From the sequence record ON287376.1: DNA of 64,000 nucleotides; one strand, given 5' to 3'. This document shows, piece after piece, positions 52,779-61,639 of this stretch. The notes below the pieces were generated by a model. It searched no databases. It worked only from the letters and a program-made list of their open reading frames with translations, and was not told the DNA's origin. The position numbers and the translations under genes were made by a program. Positions within the stretch are counted from its first letter, which is position 1; each line of letters begins with the position of its first letter.

Positions 52779-54020
52779 ATGTTAGAGTCAATAATGACTG
52801 TGCTTGAGAAATTCAACCACATTGCAAAAGACAACATGTTACTTAGCGTGTTGTTTGGCGGCTCTGGGGTGATGTTGATTACAGCGGTGGTGAAGGGCTT
52901 ACCATCTAAGTTGTTCAACTTCTTCTTACACCACCTCACTACGCGCATCAACATGGAGACAATCTTCAACTATACGCACTTTTCTAACTTTGAAGAGTGG
53001 TTCTCCGGTAGTAAGTGGGTTCGCTACGTCCGTTCGGTACAGCCGTCAGTAACGGGTAACGGCAAACAGTCTGCCGGGATGGGGACTCATTGGTTCTTCT
53101 ATAAATGCAGGCCTGTTAAGTTCACTAAGAAGATGGTACAGAGCAATGGTCGTAATGATGGGTCAATGGATATGGAATTCCGATTCTTTACCCGTAACCA
53201 TGCGCTCATCGATCAATTCTTTGCGGAGATATCTCGCTCGCCAGATCGTAATACGCACACGTATATTTCAGAACAAGGTGCAGGTGCCTCGGTTAAGATA
53301 CCTAGTCGTGATCTCGATACAGTAGTTATCGATGCTGAGACTAAAACGAAGATCATCACTACAATCGATAACTTCAGGAAGAACCGTCAGTGGTACTACG
53401 ATCGCGGTATTCCGTATAAGTTAGTTATCCTGCTCCACGGTTTGCCGGGTACGGGTAAGACGTCATTGATCCGTAGCATCGCCGGTTATCTGAAGATGGA
53501 TATCATGGTATTCGACCCACGTCGTGATCCTTACAACATCGGTGCCAATCTACGCGGATTGTGGCCGGGGTACATTGGGGTTATCGAGGACATTAACGCC
53601 AAACCAATGTCTAAGGACTTAGCGATTGAACGGGAACCTGATCCTTTCTCTCCAGTAAACTCCCCTGCATCCAATAAGCCGCCTATCAACGAAGTGGACA
53701 TGAAGTCCATGTTGAACGCGTTGGACGGGCCAGTGCCGTTGGACGATAAGATCATCTTCATTACGTCTAACCACGTAGAGGAGTTGGATCCTACCTTTAT
53801 TCGTCCAGGTCGTATTGATCTTTCCATCGAGATCAAACCACTGACCTACAGGGAAGTTAATGAGTTCAGTATCCTTAATTACGGCCGTGGCATTTCTGAT
53901 GATGAGTCATACGGTACAATCACTGGCGCTGCACTTCAACAGATCATGTTGGATAACATCGGTGATTTCGATGGCTTCTACAAAACACTTAAAACAAAAC
54001 TTTCCGAAGAGGTAGCGTAA
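52779..54020 (+). CDS. BCS1-like membrane-anchored AAA+ ATPase (413 aa)
   Basis: N-terminal TM; WYYDRGIPYK..LLHGLPGTGKTS, IEDI, MLNALDG, TSNHVEELDP..IRPGRID. Confidence 0.85.
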   Translation: MLESIMTVLEKFNHIAKDNMLLSVLFGGSGVMLITAVVKGLPSKLFNFFLHHLTTRINMETIFNYTHFSNFEEWFSGSKWVRYVRSVQPSVTGNGKQSAGMGTHWFFYKCRPVKFTKKMVQSNGRNDGSMDMEFRFFTRNHALIDQFFAEISRSPDRNTHTYISEQGAGASVKIPSRDLDTVVIDAETKTKIITTIDNFRKNRQWYYDRGIPYKLVILLHGLPGTGKTSLIRSIAGYLKMDIMVFDPRRDPYNIGANLRGLWPGYIGVIEDINAKPMSKDLAIEREPDPFSPVNSPASNKPPINEVDMKSMLNALDGPVPLDDKIIFITSNHVEELDPTFIRPGRIDLSIEIKPLTYREVNEFSILNYGRGISDDESYGTITGAALQQIMLDNIGDFDGFYKTLKTKLSEEVA

Positions 54021-54454
54021 TGTTTTCACCCATGTTCGAGATGATCGGTAACTTCCTCAACGGTTGTCCTCGGTCTTTCATCACTACCGATGGTTCAGTG
54101 ACGCTGGAAGAGATGAAGGGGTGGTTTGGTAACGGTTACAATATCGTTGTCTTTACTCCCCCGGAAGATACTTCCAAATCACGTTCTTACCTCGCTAAGA
54201 TGTTTGAGCAGGACGCCGCTGAATTAGAAAGCGAAGAAGGTGAGAAGAAGATTTACTTCTACGAGTCAGAGGAAACCGACAGCTATCTGGATATGGCTAT
54301 TCTGGTTTCCACCGACGCGTTGGTTGAGTTCTCGCGTTACATTGATGTTGACGACAAGAACTTCAGTTACATCAACGCTACCATCAAAAAGTGCCGTGGT
54401 TACGAATCTTACGGTAAAGTCACGCTACAACTGCCAATGGGGTATCCGCTGTGA
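54020..54454 (+). CDS. Acidic hypothetical protein (144 aa)
   Basis: TAATG coupling; GAGGT SD. Confidence 0.7.
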   Translation: MFSPMFEMIGNFLNGCPRSFITTDGSVTLEEMKGWFGNGYNIVVFTPPEDTSKSRSYLAKMFEQDAAELESEEGEKKIYFYESEETDSYLDMAILVSTDALVEFSRYIDVDDKNFSYINATIKKCRGYESYGKVTLQLPMGYPL

Positions 54455-54843
54455 TCGAATACGTTATCTCAGAAACACAGATCGCTGACAAGACAAAGAA
54501 GCGCCTGAGTGAACAACTCGGCGAAGGTCGGGAGATTACTGCGGTTCTCTCCTTCGATCAATCTTACGTCATGGAACGTAAAGGTCCAGACTTTTCTGGT
54601 CTGTTGGTAATCACCGGGCCGCTGCTAGAATACCATATCTTCCGTAAGGTCGGTATGAAGTTCGTTCATGCAGGCGCCATGAAAACTTCCATTTCAACCG
54701 TGTCACTCAGCGATGATAACTACAACGCGATGGCCGGTCTTGGAGTGGAGGATAAACTCACCGCTCTTTCCCATAAGGTCAAAGAGCTCCATCCACATAT
54801 CCTCGCCTACTTTAAGACGGAGGAAATGAAAGGAGTACTCTGA
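54451..54843 (+). CDS. Hypothetical protein (130 aa)
   Basis: GTGA coupling. Confidence 0.65.
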   Translation: MIEYVISETQIADKTKKRLSEQLGEGREITAVLSFDQSYVMERKGPDFSGLLVITGPLLEYHIFRKVGMKFVHAGAMKTSISTVSLSDDNYNAMAGLGVEDKLTALSHKVKELHPHILAYFKTEEMKGVL

Positions 54844-55220
54844 TGAAGAAGTTGATCATCGGCGTCGTTGCGTTGATGCTGGCGGTTTCGTTTAGCTACG
54901 CAAAAGATCCGGTCGTGTTCCGTGAAGGTTATATCTTCGAAGCTATATTCACGGGTGACGTAGTCCGCGTTAAAACTTTTGACTCCGGAGTTAATTGCAC
55001 TTACGATAGTCGGGTTGATAACGTAGATGAGTTCGAAGGTAAGTACTACACGATGCGGTACAGTTGCTGGATCATTCCTGCCAAGTACTTTAACAGCGTT
55101 CATCTGACTTACTACTACGACTCGGACACCTTTAATCTGATCTATCGTAGAAACTCGAAAGGAGAGATCATTTACGAAGGGATTTGGGACGCTAAGGATG
55201 TGCTCGATGTACGCCAGTAA
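54843..55220 (+). CDS. Secreted two-Cys protein (signal peptide)
   Basis: MKKLIIGVVALMLAVSFSYA signal; VNCT..YSCW. Confidence 0.75.
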   Translation: MKKLIIGVVALMLAVSFSYAKDPVVFREGYIFEAIFTGDVVRVKTFDSGVNCTYDSRVDNVDEFEGKYYTMRYSCWIIPAKYFNSVHLTYYYDSDTFNLIYRRNSKGEIIYEGIWDAKDVLDVRQ

Positions 55221-55593
55221 AGCTCTCCTTGATCTGGAGGGGATACAGGTGCTACAGGTTGACAGGGAAGTCAATCTACGTACGCTAGTGAGCTATTACC
55301 CTGTACCTGACGCTCGGGATATTCTCCGCGCAATAGGACATCCTTGGGTGGAGATAAAGAGCGACTATCGATCCATCTTCTACTGCACGCTACGCAAAGG
55401 TACAGATCAGAAACGGTCGTTCATGGATTCGGCTAAGGTGAATAGTTTCTTGAGCAAAGCCAAGGCCGAGGGTAAGGGTGCATTACTCATCGTCCGCGGT
55501 TCACTGGTCTATTCAGAGGCCAAGGAAGGCGTTAAACGTAAAGTGCGAGTCTACCGTAATCAACTGGGAAATATAACGGAAGTGCTATTGTGA
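55198..55593 (+). CDS. Hypothetical protein (about 130 aa)
   Basis: Overlapping operon arrangement; start uncertain. Confidence 0.6.
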   Translation: MCSMYASKALLDLEGIQVLQVDREVNLRTLVSYYPVPDARDILRAIGHPWVEIKSDYRSIFYCTLRKGTDQKRSFMDSAKVNSFLSKAKAEGKGALLIVRGSLVYSEAKEGVKRKVRVYRNQLGNITEVLL

Positions 55594-55862
55594 TGAAACC
55601 TTCAAGTAAGAGTATTATCATTTCGTGGGTGGTGGCAATCATGTATATTCTTTACATCGTTGCCCTGATGGTATCGCCATTACATTGGCTACCGTGGATC
55701 ATCGTTGTTCGAGTGACTCCTTTTATTGGTATTTGGCTCTACGATCGTTACAAGGGAAATAAAGCCCACGGGTTCTTCTCATACGTGCTTATGCCGCAAG
55801 GTATACTGTCCATAGCGATCTTAAACTTCAAACATGATGTCAAGTACGTCTTTGGCAAATAA
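55590..55862 (+). CDS. Membrane protein (90 aa)
   Basis: Hydrophobic helices; terminator follows. Confidence 0.65.
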   Translation: MMKPSSKSIIISWVVAIMYILYIVALMVSPLHWLPWIIVVRVTPFIGIWLYDRYKGNKAHGFFSYVLMPQGILSIAILNFKHDVKYVFGK

Positions 55863-55873
55863 ACGCACAGAAG

Positions 55874-55901
55874 CTCTCCTAGGGATCATTCCCTAGGAGA
55901 G
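55874..55901 (+). terminator. Terminator
   Basis: CTCTCCTAGGG..CCCTAGGAGAG. Confidence 0.75.
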
Positions 55902-55934
55902 TCCTATTATATCCATTTCCAATTTTTTTGGTGT

Positions 55935-55952
55935 CTATATAACCAGCGCGAA
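55935..55952 (+). promoter_or_regulatory. Early-promoter-like motif (variant)
   Basis: CTATATAAC-CAGCGC-GAA. Confidence 0.45.
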
Positions 55953-56000
55953 GGTCTATAGTAAAGCCTTCTTTTCAAAACATTACAAAAGGGAAAGCTT

Positions 56001-56519
56001 ATGTTAAAGCGAGTAAAGTCCTATTTACTTGGGGTTATCAACAACTACCGAGTAGATAAGGCTATGAAGGAGGACATGGGCGGGAGGGCGTGTTACGTGG
56101 TAGGTATCACGTTAGATCGTTTTTGGGAGGAGCCTGAGTTAAAGTTGTTTAATAAAATACATTTAGACGACTTAACCATGACCATCAAAGATCTGTCCCC
56201 TGAGGAGATCGTAGATAAATCCATGTTTCTCTATAACCTATTCTCTAAAGCCTACCAAAGCAACTTTGTGAAGCTTCTGGCAATAGGTACTATCATCTAC
56301 ACTTTCCCGAAACAGTCACTTATTCTACTAATACTTTCAGCGTTGATTTCATTCTACATAATGCTGGTTAAGGAACGTAGATTGATCACTATCGACTTAG
56401 TCATGAAACACGAGCATAAAGAGTTGGACGACCTAACTCGTCCAACTCTGGTTATGTGCTTTAAATCACTAGTCGTTCGGTTACTACCTAAGATAAAGCG
56501 GAGGTTAAACATCAGTTAA
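56001..56519 (+). CDS. Membrane protein (172 aa)
   Basis: AAGGG SD; TM pair; after early-promoter-like motif 55935. Confidence 0.65.
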   Translation: MLKRVKSYLLGVINNYRVDKAMKEDMGGRACYVVGITLDRFWEEPELKLFNKIHLDDLTMTIKDLSPEEIVDKSMFLYNLFSKAYQSNFVKLLAIGTIIYTFPKQSLILLILSALISFYIMLVKERRLITIDLVMKHEHKELDDLTRPTLVMCFKSLVVRLLPKIKRRLNIS

Positions 56520-56611
56520 ACCAACAAGGGGAGCTTAGGGAATCGGAAGTTTCTTAGGCTCTCCTCATAACAATACTTTATACCTAAAATTTTACAAATG
56601 GAGATCTAATA

Positions 56612-56932
56612 ATGAAAACAATCATTACCGTACTAACTACTGTTCTTATTGCAACTGTACCTTTCCTTCCTAAAGCGGAAGCAAGCAACGTCTACCATAC
56701 CGACAAGGGCGTTACATTCACCATTGATGGTAAGTTAGCAGAAATCGAGCAGAATGGTAAAGTCACCAAGTGCGCTTTGGTAATCAGTAAAGATGCTACC
56801 TCTGCCTGGAAATGCAGCAACGGCAAGCAGCTCTGGATTCGTAACAAGCCGGAAAGTGAACTGATCACGTTCGCTATCTTCGATCAGAAAGACGACTACC
56901 CGGACTTCATTGATTCGGTTCTGAAGAAATAA
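56612..56932 (+). CDS. Secreted two-Cys protein (signal peptide)
   Basis: GGAG SD; signal ending KAEA; TKCA..WKCS. Confidence 0.75.
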   Translation: MKTIITVLTTVLIATVPFLPKAEASNVYHTDKGVTFTIDGKLAEIEQNGKVTKCALVISKDATSAWKCSNGKQLWIRNKPESELITFAIFDQKDDYPDFIDSVLKK

Positions 56933-56943
56933 CCAAAAAATAC

Positions 56944-56961
56944 GGAGGGGAAATCCCCTCC
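56944..56961 (+). terminator. Terminator
   Basis: GGAGGGG-AAAT-CCCCTCC. Confidence 0.8.
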
Positions 56962-57007
56962 TTTAATAACTAAATACAAACACTTTAAACTTAAAAAGGA
57001 AATAACA

Positions 57008-57460
57008 ATGAACCCGATCCAACACCTCAAGAAATTCGTTAAGTCAGACGTAGAAGGTCATGCTTTCATCGCGCTGTCTGATTCACCTTTCCAGACCGCA
57101 ATTGTAAAATGCATTCTTGGGAACGAATTCGGCGAAGCGTTTGAATTGGCCAAGGCTAATAAAAACTCATTCAAATTCTTCGAAATAAAAGAACAGAAAT
57201 ATGCCGTAGTGGTGGCCAACGAATACGACTTCACAACCTACATGGACTTACCTGGACTAGTGAACCTGGAAACTGAACTGGGAACTCGCGTAATCGTCTT
57301 TGGAGAGTATGCCCAAGGCGAAGTGCTGGGTAACCTGTTAATCGCTGTTGGGGCTTCCTGGTACGGTTTTACGGCGCCATGGAAACATCACAACGATGCT
57401 CTCCATTATGTCACTTCCAGATATGCCGGTTGTGAAATGGCTCAGTGCAAAATTGCTTAA
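57008..57460 (+). CDS. Hypothetical protein (150 aa)
   Basis: AAGGA SD; flanked by terminators. Confidence 0.75.
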   Translation: MNPIQHLKKFVKSDVEGHAFIALSDSPFQTAIVKCILGNEFGEAFELAKANKNSFKFFEIKEQKYAVVVANEYDFTTYMDLPGLVNLETELGTRVIVFGEYAQGEVLGNLLIAVGASWYGFTAPWKHHNDALHYVTSRYAGCEMAQCKIA

Positions 57461-57468
57461 CAAACTTT

Positions 57469-57491
57469 ACTAGGGGACATGTTCCCCTAGT
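57469..57491 (+). terminator. Terminator
   Basis: ACTAGGGGA..TCCCCTAGT. Confidence 0.8.
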
Positions 57492-57529
57492 TTATTCTCA
57501 CTTGTCCCAATCTTAATTAGGAAAACCAA

Positions 57530-57889
57530 ATGAAACTCATCCACGCTATCTTCGCTATCGCTCTTCTGACTTTTGCTGGTTCTGCTTATGCTAACAACTA
57601 TCGTCTGTACGATGACTACAGCAATGAGATTACTCTTCGCGGTAACCTGCTGAAAATTAAGAACGACGCACACGGCGGTGTTACTCGTTGTACCTTCAAC
57701 GAAAACGTCACGGGTAAAGAAAGTGATGGTACAACTTACCGTGGCGCTAACTACCTTTGTGGTGGTAAGATGTGGGCTACCTTCACCACTAACCAAGAAC
57801 GTCACACTGTAGAGGTTAGCGTCTTCCTGTACAAAGATACTCTCTACACCAAAGAACTGCCGCTGGCTGCTCTTGAACTCATCGACTAA
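57530..57889 (+). CDS. Secreted two-Cys protein (signal peptide)
   Basis: Signal ending SAYA; TRCT..YLCG. Confidence 0.8.
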   Translation: MKLIHAIFAIALLTFAGSAYANNYRLYDDYSNEITLRGNLLKIKNDAHGGVTRCTFNENVTGKESDGTTYRGANYLCGGKMWATFTTNQERHTVEVSVFLYKDTLYTKELPLAALELID

Positions 57890-57907
57890 TCAATAAGGCA
57901 ATCTGAC

Positions 57908-58249
57908 ATGAACCGTTTTATCATCGTATTACTGGCTTTGATTTCTTTTAGCGCTTATGCTGACACCACGACCCTTAGTGAGGGAACTGACTTTAATGCC
58001 GTGATCGGTGATAAAACCTCAGTCGTTAATTACGACGACCAGACCCTGTATTGTGAATTAGAGAAGACCAGCCGGGAACTCGATTCAGAATACGGCAAGT
58101 ATCAACTGAAACTCTATAGCTGTGGCGCCAACATCATGTTCGCCCACAAGACCTACGACAGCCAACCTTTCACGCAAGCTATCATCGGTGACAAGGCAAC
58201 CAATGTAGTTTACTACAGCAACTACTTCAATAAGGAAACAACTAAATGA
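57908..58249 (+). CDS. Secreted two-Cys protein (signal peptide)
   Basis: Signal ending SAYA; LYCE..YSCG. Confidence 0.8.
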   Translation: MNRFIIVLLALISFSAYADTTTLSEGTDFNAVIGDKTSVVNYDDQTLYCELEKTSRELDSEYGKYQLKLYSCGANIMFAHKTYDSQPFTQAIIGDKATNVVYYSNYFNKETTK

Positions 58250-58611
58250 AATTCGTTATCGCGTTATTCGTAGCCGTACTGTCCCTGGCGTCTTTCTCTG
58301 CCAATGCAAGTCTGATCCATATGAGCGATGCACCTGAATACGATTTCGTAGTAGGTGACACTACTGCTCGGGTCAAAAACCTGCAAACCAATAAAACCTC
58401 TCGCTGTACGCTGATGTACAATGACAACGGTATCGATAAAGATAACCTCGTCTACGTCGTTAGCTTCTTCCAATGCGATGCAGGATTCGAGCTGATGGCC
58501 AAGATCACAACCGAGAACGGCAACATCATCGTAGCCATGATTCGTAACGGTGCCAATAAAGAGTTCTATCGCAAGTACGCTCCTAAAGGTACTTGGGTTG
58601 TCATGAACTAA
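58246..58611 (+). CDS. Secreted two-Cys protein (signal peptide)
   Basis: Signal ending SANA; SRCT..FQCD. Confidence 0.8.
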   Translation: MKFVIALFVAVLSLASFSANASLIHMSDAPEYDFVVGDTTARVKNLQTNKTSRCTLMYNDNGIDKDNLVYVVSFFQCDAGFELMAKITTENGNIIVAMIRNGANKEFYRKYAPKGTWVVMN

Positions 58612-58615
58612 ACCG

Positions 58616-58643
58616 ATCCCTCTACCTATCCGGGTAGGGGGAT
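58616..58643 (+). terminator. Terminator after the secreted-protein trio
   Basis: ATCCCTCTACC..GGTAGGGGGAT. Confidence 0.75.
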
Positions 58644-58739
58644 TATTTTACGTATTACTCTTTTATTTTTTATGAACGCGAAACGTTTCTGAACTCCCCC
58701 GTTTCAGAAACCTCTTAATCTCCCGCTAAGGTGGTACAG

Positions 58740-59516
58740 ATGGGTCGTCAAAAAGCCGCGACAGTTAAACGTCGCGATGTTCGTAAAGCAAAAAGACAAA
58801 ACAACCGTGGCATTGATAATCTGGTAGAGTTCCCGACTGCCGGTGGTCACGACGTTATCGGCATGGCTAAAGAGAAGCGCGATACAAGCCCTCTGGAGCC
58901 ACGTAACGATAACCAAGCGCAATACCTTAACGCTTTAGAACTAAGCAACATCATCGTGTCTACGGGCTCTGCTGGTGCAGGTAAAACCTATATCTGCGCC
59001 GCCTGGGCAGCTGATCGTCTTCTGGCAAAAGAGACTGATCGGATTATCGTAACACGTCCGGTGTTGACTGCTGAAGAAGATCTGGGTTTCTTGCCCGGTG
59101 ACATCTCCGAAAAATTCCGCCCGTTCTTCCGTCCGGTTTACGACGTGTTGCGTAAACGCCTGGGTAATAGCTTCCTAGAGTATTGCCTGAAACCGATGAT
59201 CGAGAAAGTCGAGATTGCACCTTTCGCTTATATGCGTGGTCGTACGTTCGATGATGCGGTTGTCATTCTGGACGAAGCTCAGAACGTTACTGTCAACCAG
59301 ATGCGTCTCTTCATTACGCGTATCGGGATGAACTCCACTGTAATTATCAATGGCGACATTGAGCAGTGCGATCTGCCAAACAAAAACGATTCAGGTCTGC
59401 TTGATCTGATTCGTCGTATTGAAGAACGGGATATTGACATTCCCGTAATCAAGTTCGTTAAGGATGACTGCGTGCGTTCGCCAATCTGTCAGCTGGGTCT
59501 GGAGATTTATTCGTAA
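58740..59516 (+). CDS. phoH: PhoH-family ATPase
   Basis: PRNDNQ..Y, GSAGAGKT, RIIVTRP, LGFLPGD, PFAYMRGRTF, ILDEAQN, GDIEQCDL; TAAGGT SD before ATG 58740. Confidence 0.95.
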   Translation: MGRQKAATVKRRDVRKAKRQNNRGIDNLVEFPTAGGHDVIGMAKEKRDTSPLEPRNDNQAQYLNALELSNIIVSTGSAGAGKTYICAAWAADRLLAKETDRIIVTRPVLTAEEDLGFLPGDISEKFRPFFRPVYDVLRKRLGNSFLEYCLKPMIEKVEIAPFAYMRGRTFDDAVVILDEAQNVTVNQMRLFITRIGMNSTVIINGDIEQCDLPNKNDSGLLDLIRRIEERDIDIPVIKFVKDDCVRSPICQLGLEIYS

Positions 59517-59522
59517 CCATTG

Positions 59523-59546
59523 GGTAGAGGGCTTCGGCTCTCTACC
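59523..59546 (+). terminator. Terminator after phoH
   Basis: GGTAGAGGGC-TTCG-GCTCTCTACC. Confidence 0.85.
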
Positions 59547-59567
59547 TTATTCGAATTCTTTTCAGAA

Positions 59568-59585
59568 CTATATCACTTATTTGAA
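59568..59585 (+). promoter_or_regulatory. Putative early promoter (variant)
   Basis: CTATATCAC-TTATTT-GAA. Confidence 0.6.
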
Positions 59586-59620
59586 TGAACATTTAATAAA
59601 ACATATTGGAGTTTTTAAAG

Positions 59621-59737
59621 ATGGGTGATTTCTTGGACTTTATCATGGGTGCTATTCTTTGTTCTGCTGCTGCGGGGGAATTGGACGAAGAAGAGGAAGA
59701 ACTGGAAGTTGAAGAAGTAGAGGATGAAGACGATTAA
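59621..59737 (+). CDS. 38-aa highly acidic peptide (not in ORF track)
   Basis: MGDFLDFIMGAILCSAAAGELDEEEEELEVEEVEDEDD; GGAG SD; between early-promoter motif and its own terminator. Confidence 0.7.
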   Translation: MGDFLDFIMGAILCSAAAGELDEEEEELEVEEVEDEDD

Positions 59738-59748
59738 GTTCGTTCTTC

Positions 59749-59768
59749 GGCAGGGGTAGTTCCCTGCC
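59749..59768 (+). terminator. Terminator after the acidic peptide
   Basis: GGCAGGG-GTAGTT-CCCTGCC plus T-tract. Confidence 0.75.
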
Positions 59769-59777
59769 CTCTATTTT

Positions 59778-60089
59778 TTGTTTTGTCTAATAAGGAGATT
59801 CGTTGTGCCTCGTTTACTTACGTTGATTGTCCCGATTTATGCTGCTGCACTTACTTATATTTTCTCAGTGATCTACAAAGACCTCAGTGAAGATACACTC
59901 ATGGTTATTACTACGCTGGGTTTCTCCGGAGTAGTCGTTTGCATTATGCTTTATAGCTACGGTATCTTCCGTAGCACGAATCGCCTCAAGGCGTGGTTGG
60001 AGAAAGGGTACTTGGATTACCTGTCGATGATCCCAAGTATTTCATTCGCCGTTTCATTAACGATCCTTTTCTACATCATGGACATTTAA
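59778..60089 (+). CDS. Membrane protein (about 100 aa)
   Basis: Three hydrophobic segments; start uncertain. Confidence 0.6.
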   Translation: MFCLIRRFVVPRLLTLIVPIYAAALTYIFSVIYKDLSEDTLMVITTLGFSGVVVCIMLYSYGIFRSTNRLKAWLEKGYLDYLSMIPSISFAVSLTILFYIMDI

Positions 60090-60090
60090 A

Positions 60091-60420
60091 ATGATAGAGT
60101 ATATTCGTTCTGAGAATTTCCTGTCTGGCTTTTACTTCGTTCTCTTCGTGATGTCAACCTTCACGTTCATCGGGATTCGTCACTCTGAAGTCATTGGTCA
60201 GTTGACTAGAGCGACGACTTGGGTGTTGGTCGCAGCTGGTCTTATGACTATCTTTGGTTTTGTGGTTATCGCGCCCATTACCGAAGACTGGAGTCATCTC
60301 GGCTTCCTGCCCTTCACTTCGTTCCTCGGTTACGTTGTAGCCAGGGTCACTACGTCGATGGAGAACGAGAGAGCCGATAACAAGTCTAAACGACGGAGCA
60401 TTCACCATGCTAAAGACTGA
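60091..60420 (+). CDS. Membrane protein (109 aa)
   Basis: Three hydrophobic segments. Confidence 0.65.
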   Translation: MIEYIRSENFLSGFYFVLFVMSTFTFIGIRHSEVIGQLTRATTWVLVAAGLMTIFGFVVIAPITEDWSHLGFLPFTSFLGYVVARVTTSMENERADNKSKRRSIHHAKD

Positions 60421-60706
60421 CCAAAAATACCCGCGTCGTGGCGGGGCGGTAGAGAACTTAATCTACCTCGTGCAATTCGTGGTGGTTGTCTTTGGGTACT
60501 TCCAGTTCTTGGTTGAGCCTGAAGACATTTACAACCAACTGGTCTTTATTTTCATTGCGTCGATTATCATTGAGAATCTGGCAGTACTGTGGATTCTCCG
60601 TGCTAAGATCGTTACCTCGGTCACTAATGCAGTTATCTGGTGTGCATTGGGATCGGTACTGGGTTGCGTTATTACAGCCTGGTACTTTGAGGTATTCACG
60701 CTTTAA
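60407..60706 (+). CDS. Membrane protein (99 aa)
   Basis: GGAG SD; three hydrophobic segments. Confidence 0.65.
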   Translation: MLKTDQKYPRRGGAVENLIYLVQFVVVVFGYFQFLVEPEDIYNQLVFIFIASIIIENLAVLWILRAKIVTSVTNAVIWCALGSVLGCVITAWYFEVFTL

Positions 60707-60718
60707 AGGAATCGCTAG

Positions 60719-61300
60719 ATGTCAAATCTTTACTTCTACTACGCTTCCATGAACTCAGGGAAATCGACCACGCTTATTCAGTCGGCTTACAACTACCGTG
60801 AACGCCGTATGCGTCCTCTGGTAATGAAGCCTGCAATCGATACGCGTGACTCTGAGCAAGAAGTCGTCAGTCGAATCGGCCTTCACGTTGAAGCTGTCAT
60901 CATCCGTGAAGAGATGGATCTTCCGAGCTATATCCGTAACGACATTTTGTTAAACGGAAAGCTGGATTGTATCCTGGTTGATGAGGCTCAATTCCTCACT
61001 GCTGCTCAAGTAAGTCAGTTAGCCTTCATTGTAGACGCTATGGATATCCCAGTGCTCTGCTATGGGCTGCGTAACGACTTCTGTGGCGAAGCGTTCCCTG
61101 GTTCTGCTCGACTGTTAGCAATGGCTGATAAGTTGGTAGAAATCAAATCGATCTGTTGGTGCGGTTCTAAATCTACTCACGTTCTCCGTTTGGATGGCGA
61201 GGGTAAGGTTCTGCGTTCTGGCCCACAGGTTCAGATTGGGGGTAACGATAGCTACGTAGCTGTCTGCCGTAAACATTGGCGGGAGGGGAAATATGAGTAG
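60719..61300 (+). CDS. tdk: Thymidine kinase
   Basis: YASMNSGKST, KPAIDTR, SRIG, VDEAQFL, CYGLRNDF, C..C zinc site, IGGNDSYVAVCRKHW. Confidence 0.95.
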   Translation: MSNLYFYYASMNSGKSTTLIQSAYNYRERRMRPLVMKPAIDTRDSEQEVVSRIGLHVEAVIIREEMDLPSYIRNDILLNGKLDCILVDEAQFLTAAQVSQLAFIVDAMDIPVLCYGLRNDFCGEAFPGSARLLAMADKLVEIKSICWCGSKSTHVLRLDGEGKVLRSGPQVQIGGNDSYVAVCRKHWREGKYE

Positions 61301-61541
61301 TGCGTGTAAGGTTGCCATTGCCGTTACACTGGCGTGTTTGACGGTGTTAACTTTGGCACTCGCCGTTCCTAACTTTCACGATGTCGTTCCTTTCTGGATC
61401 GCGCCTATCGCTTCGATCGTTTCTTTCATTGTAGCGGTCGGACTCTTCGTTAGTAAATACCGCGAGGCCAAATGGGCTATTATCGTCCAGTACGTTTCGC
61501 TGTACGTCTATATCGTGTCAGTTATCTGTATCAGTAACTAA
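61293..61541 (+). CDS. Membrane protein (82 aa)
   Basis: Hydrophobic helices; terminator follows. Confidence 0.65.
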   Translation: MSSACKVAIAVTLACLTVLTLALAVPNFHDVVPFWIAPIASIVSFIVAVGLFVSKYREAKWAIIVQYVSLYVYIVSVICISN

Positions 61542-61545
61542 GCGT

Positions 61546-61569
61546 AGGGAGGGGTTAATTCCTCTCCCT
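61546..61569 (+). terminator. Terminator
   Basis: AGGGAGGGG-TTAATT-CCTCTCCCT. Confidence 0.8.
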
Positions 61570-61639
61570 TATTTTTAACCTAAAGGGAACGTATTATGAA
61601 TAATGCGCATTTCTCCTGGCCTGATGAGTGGTACTGTTA

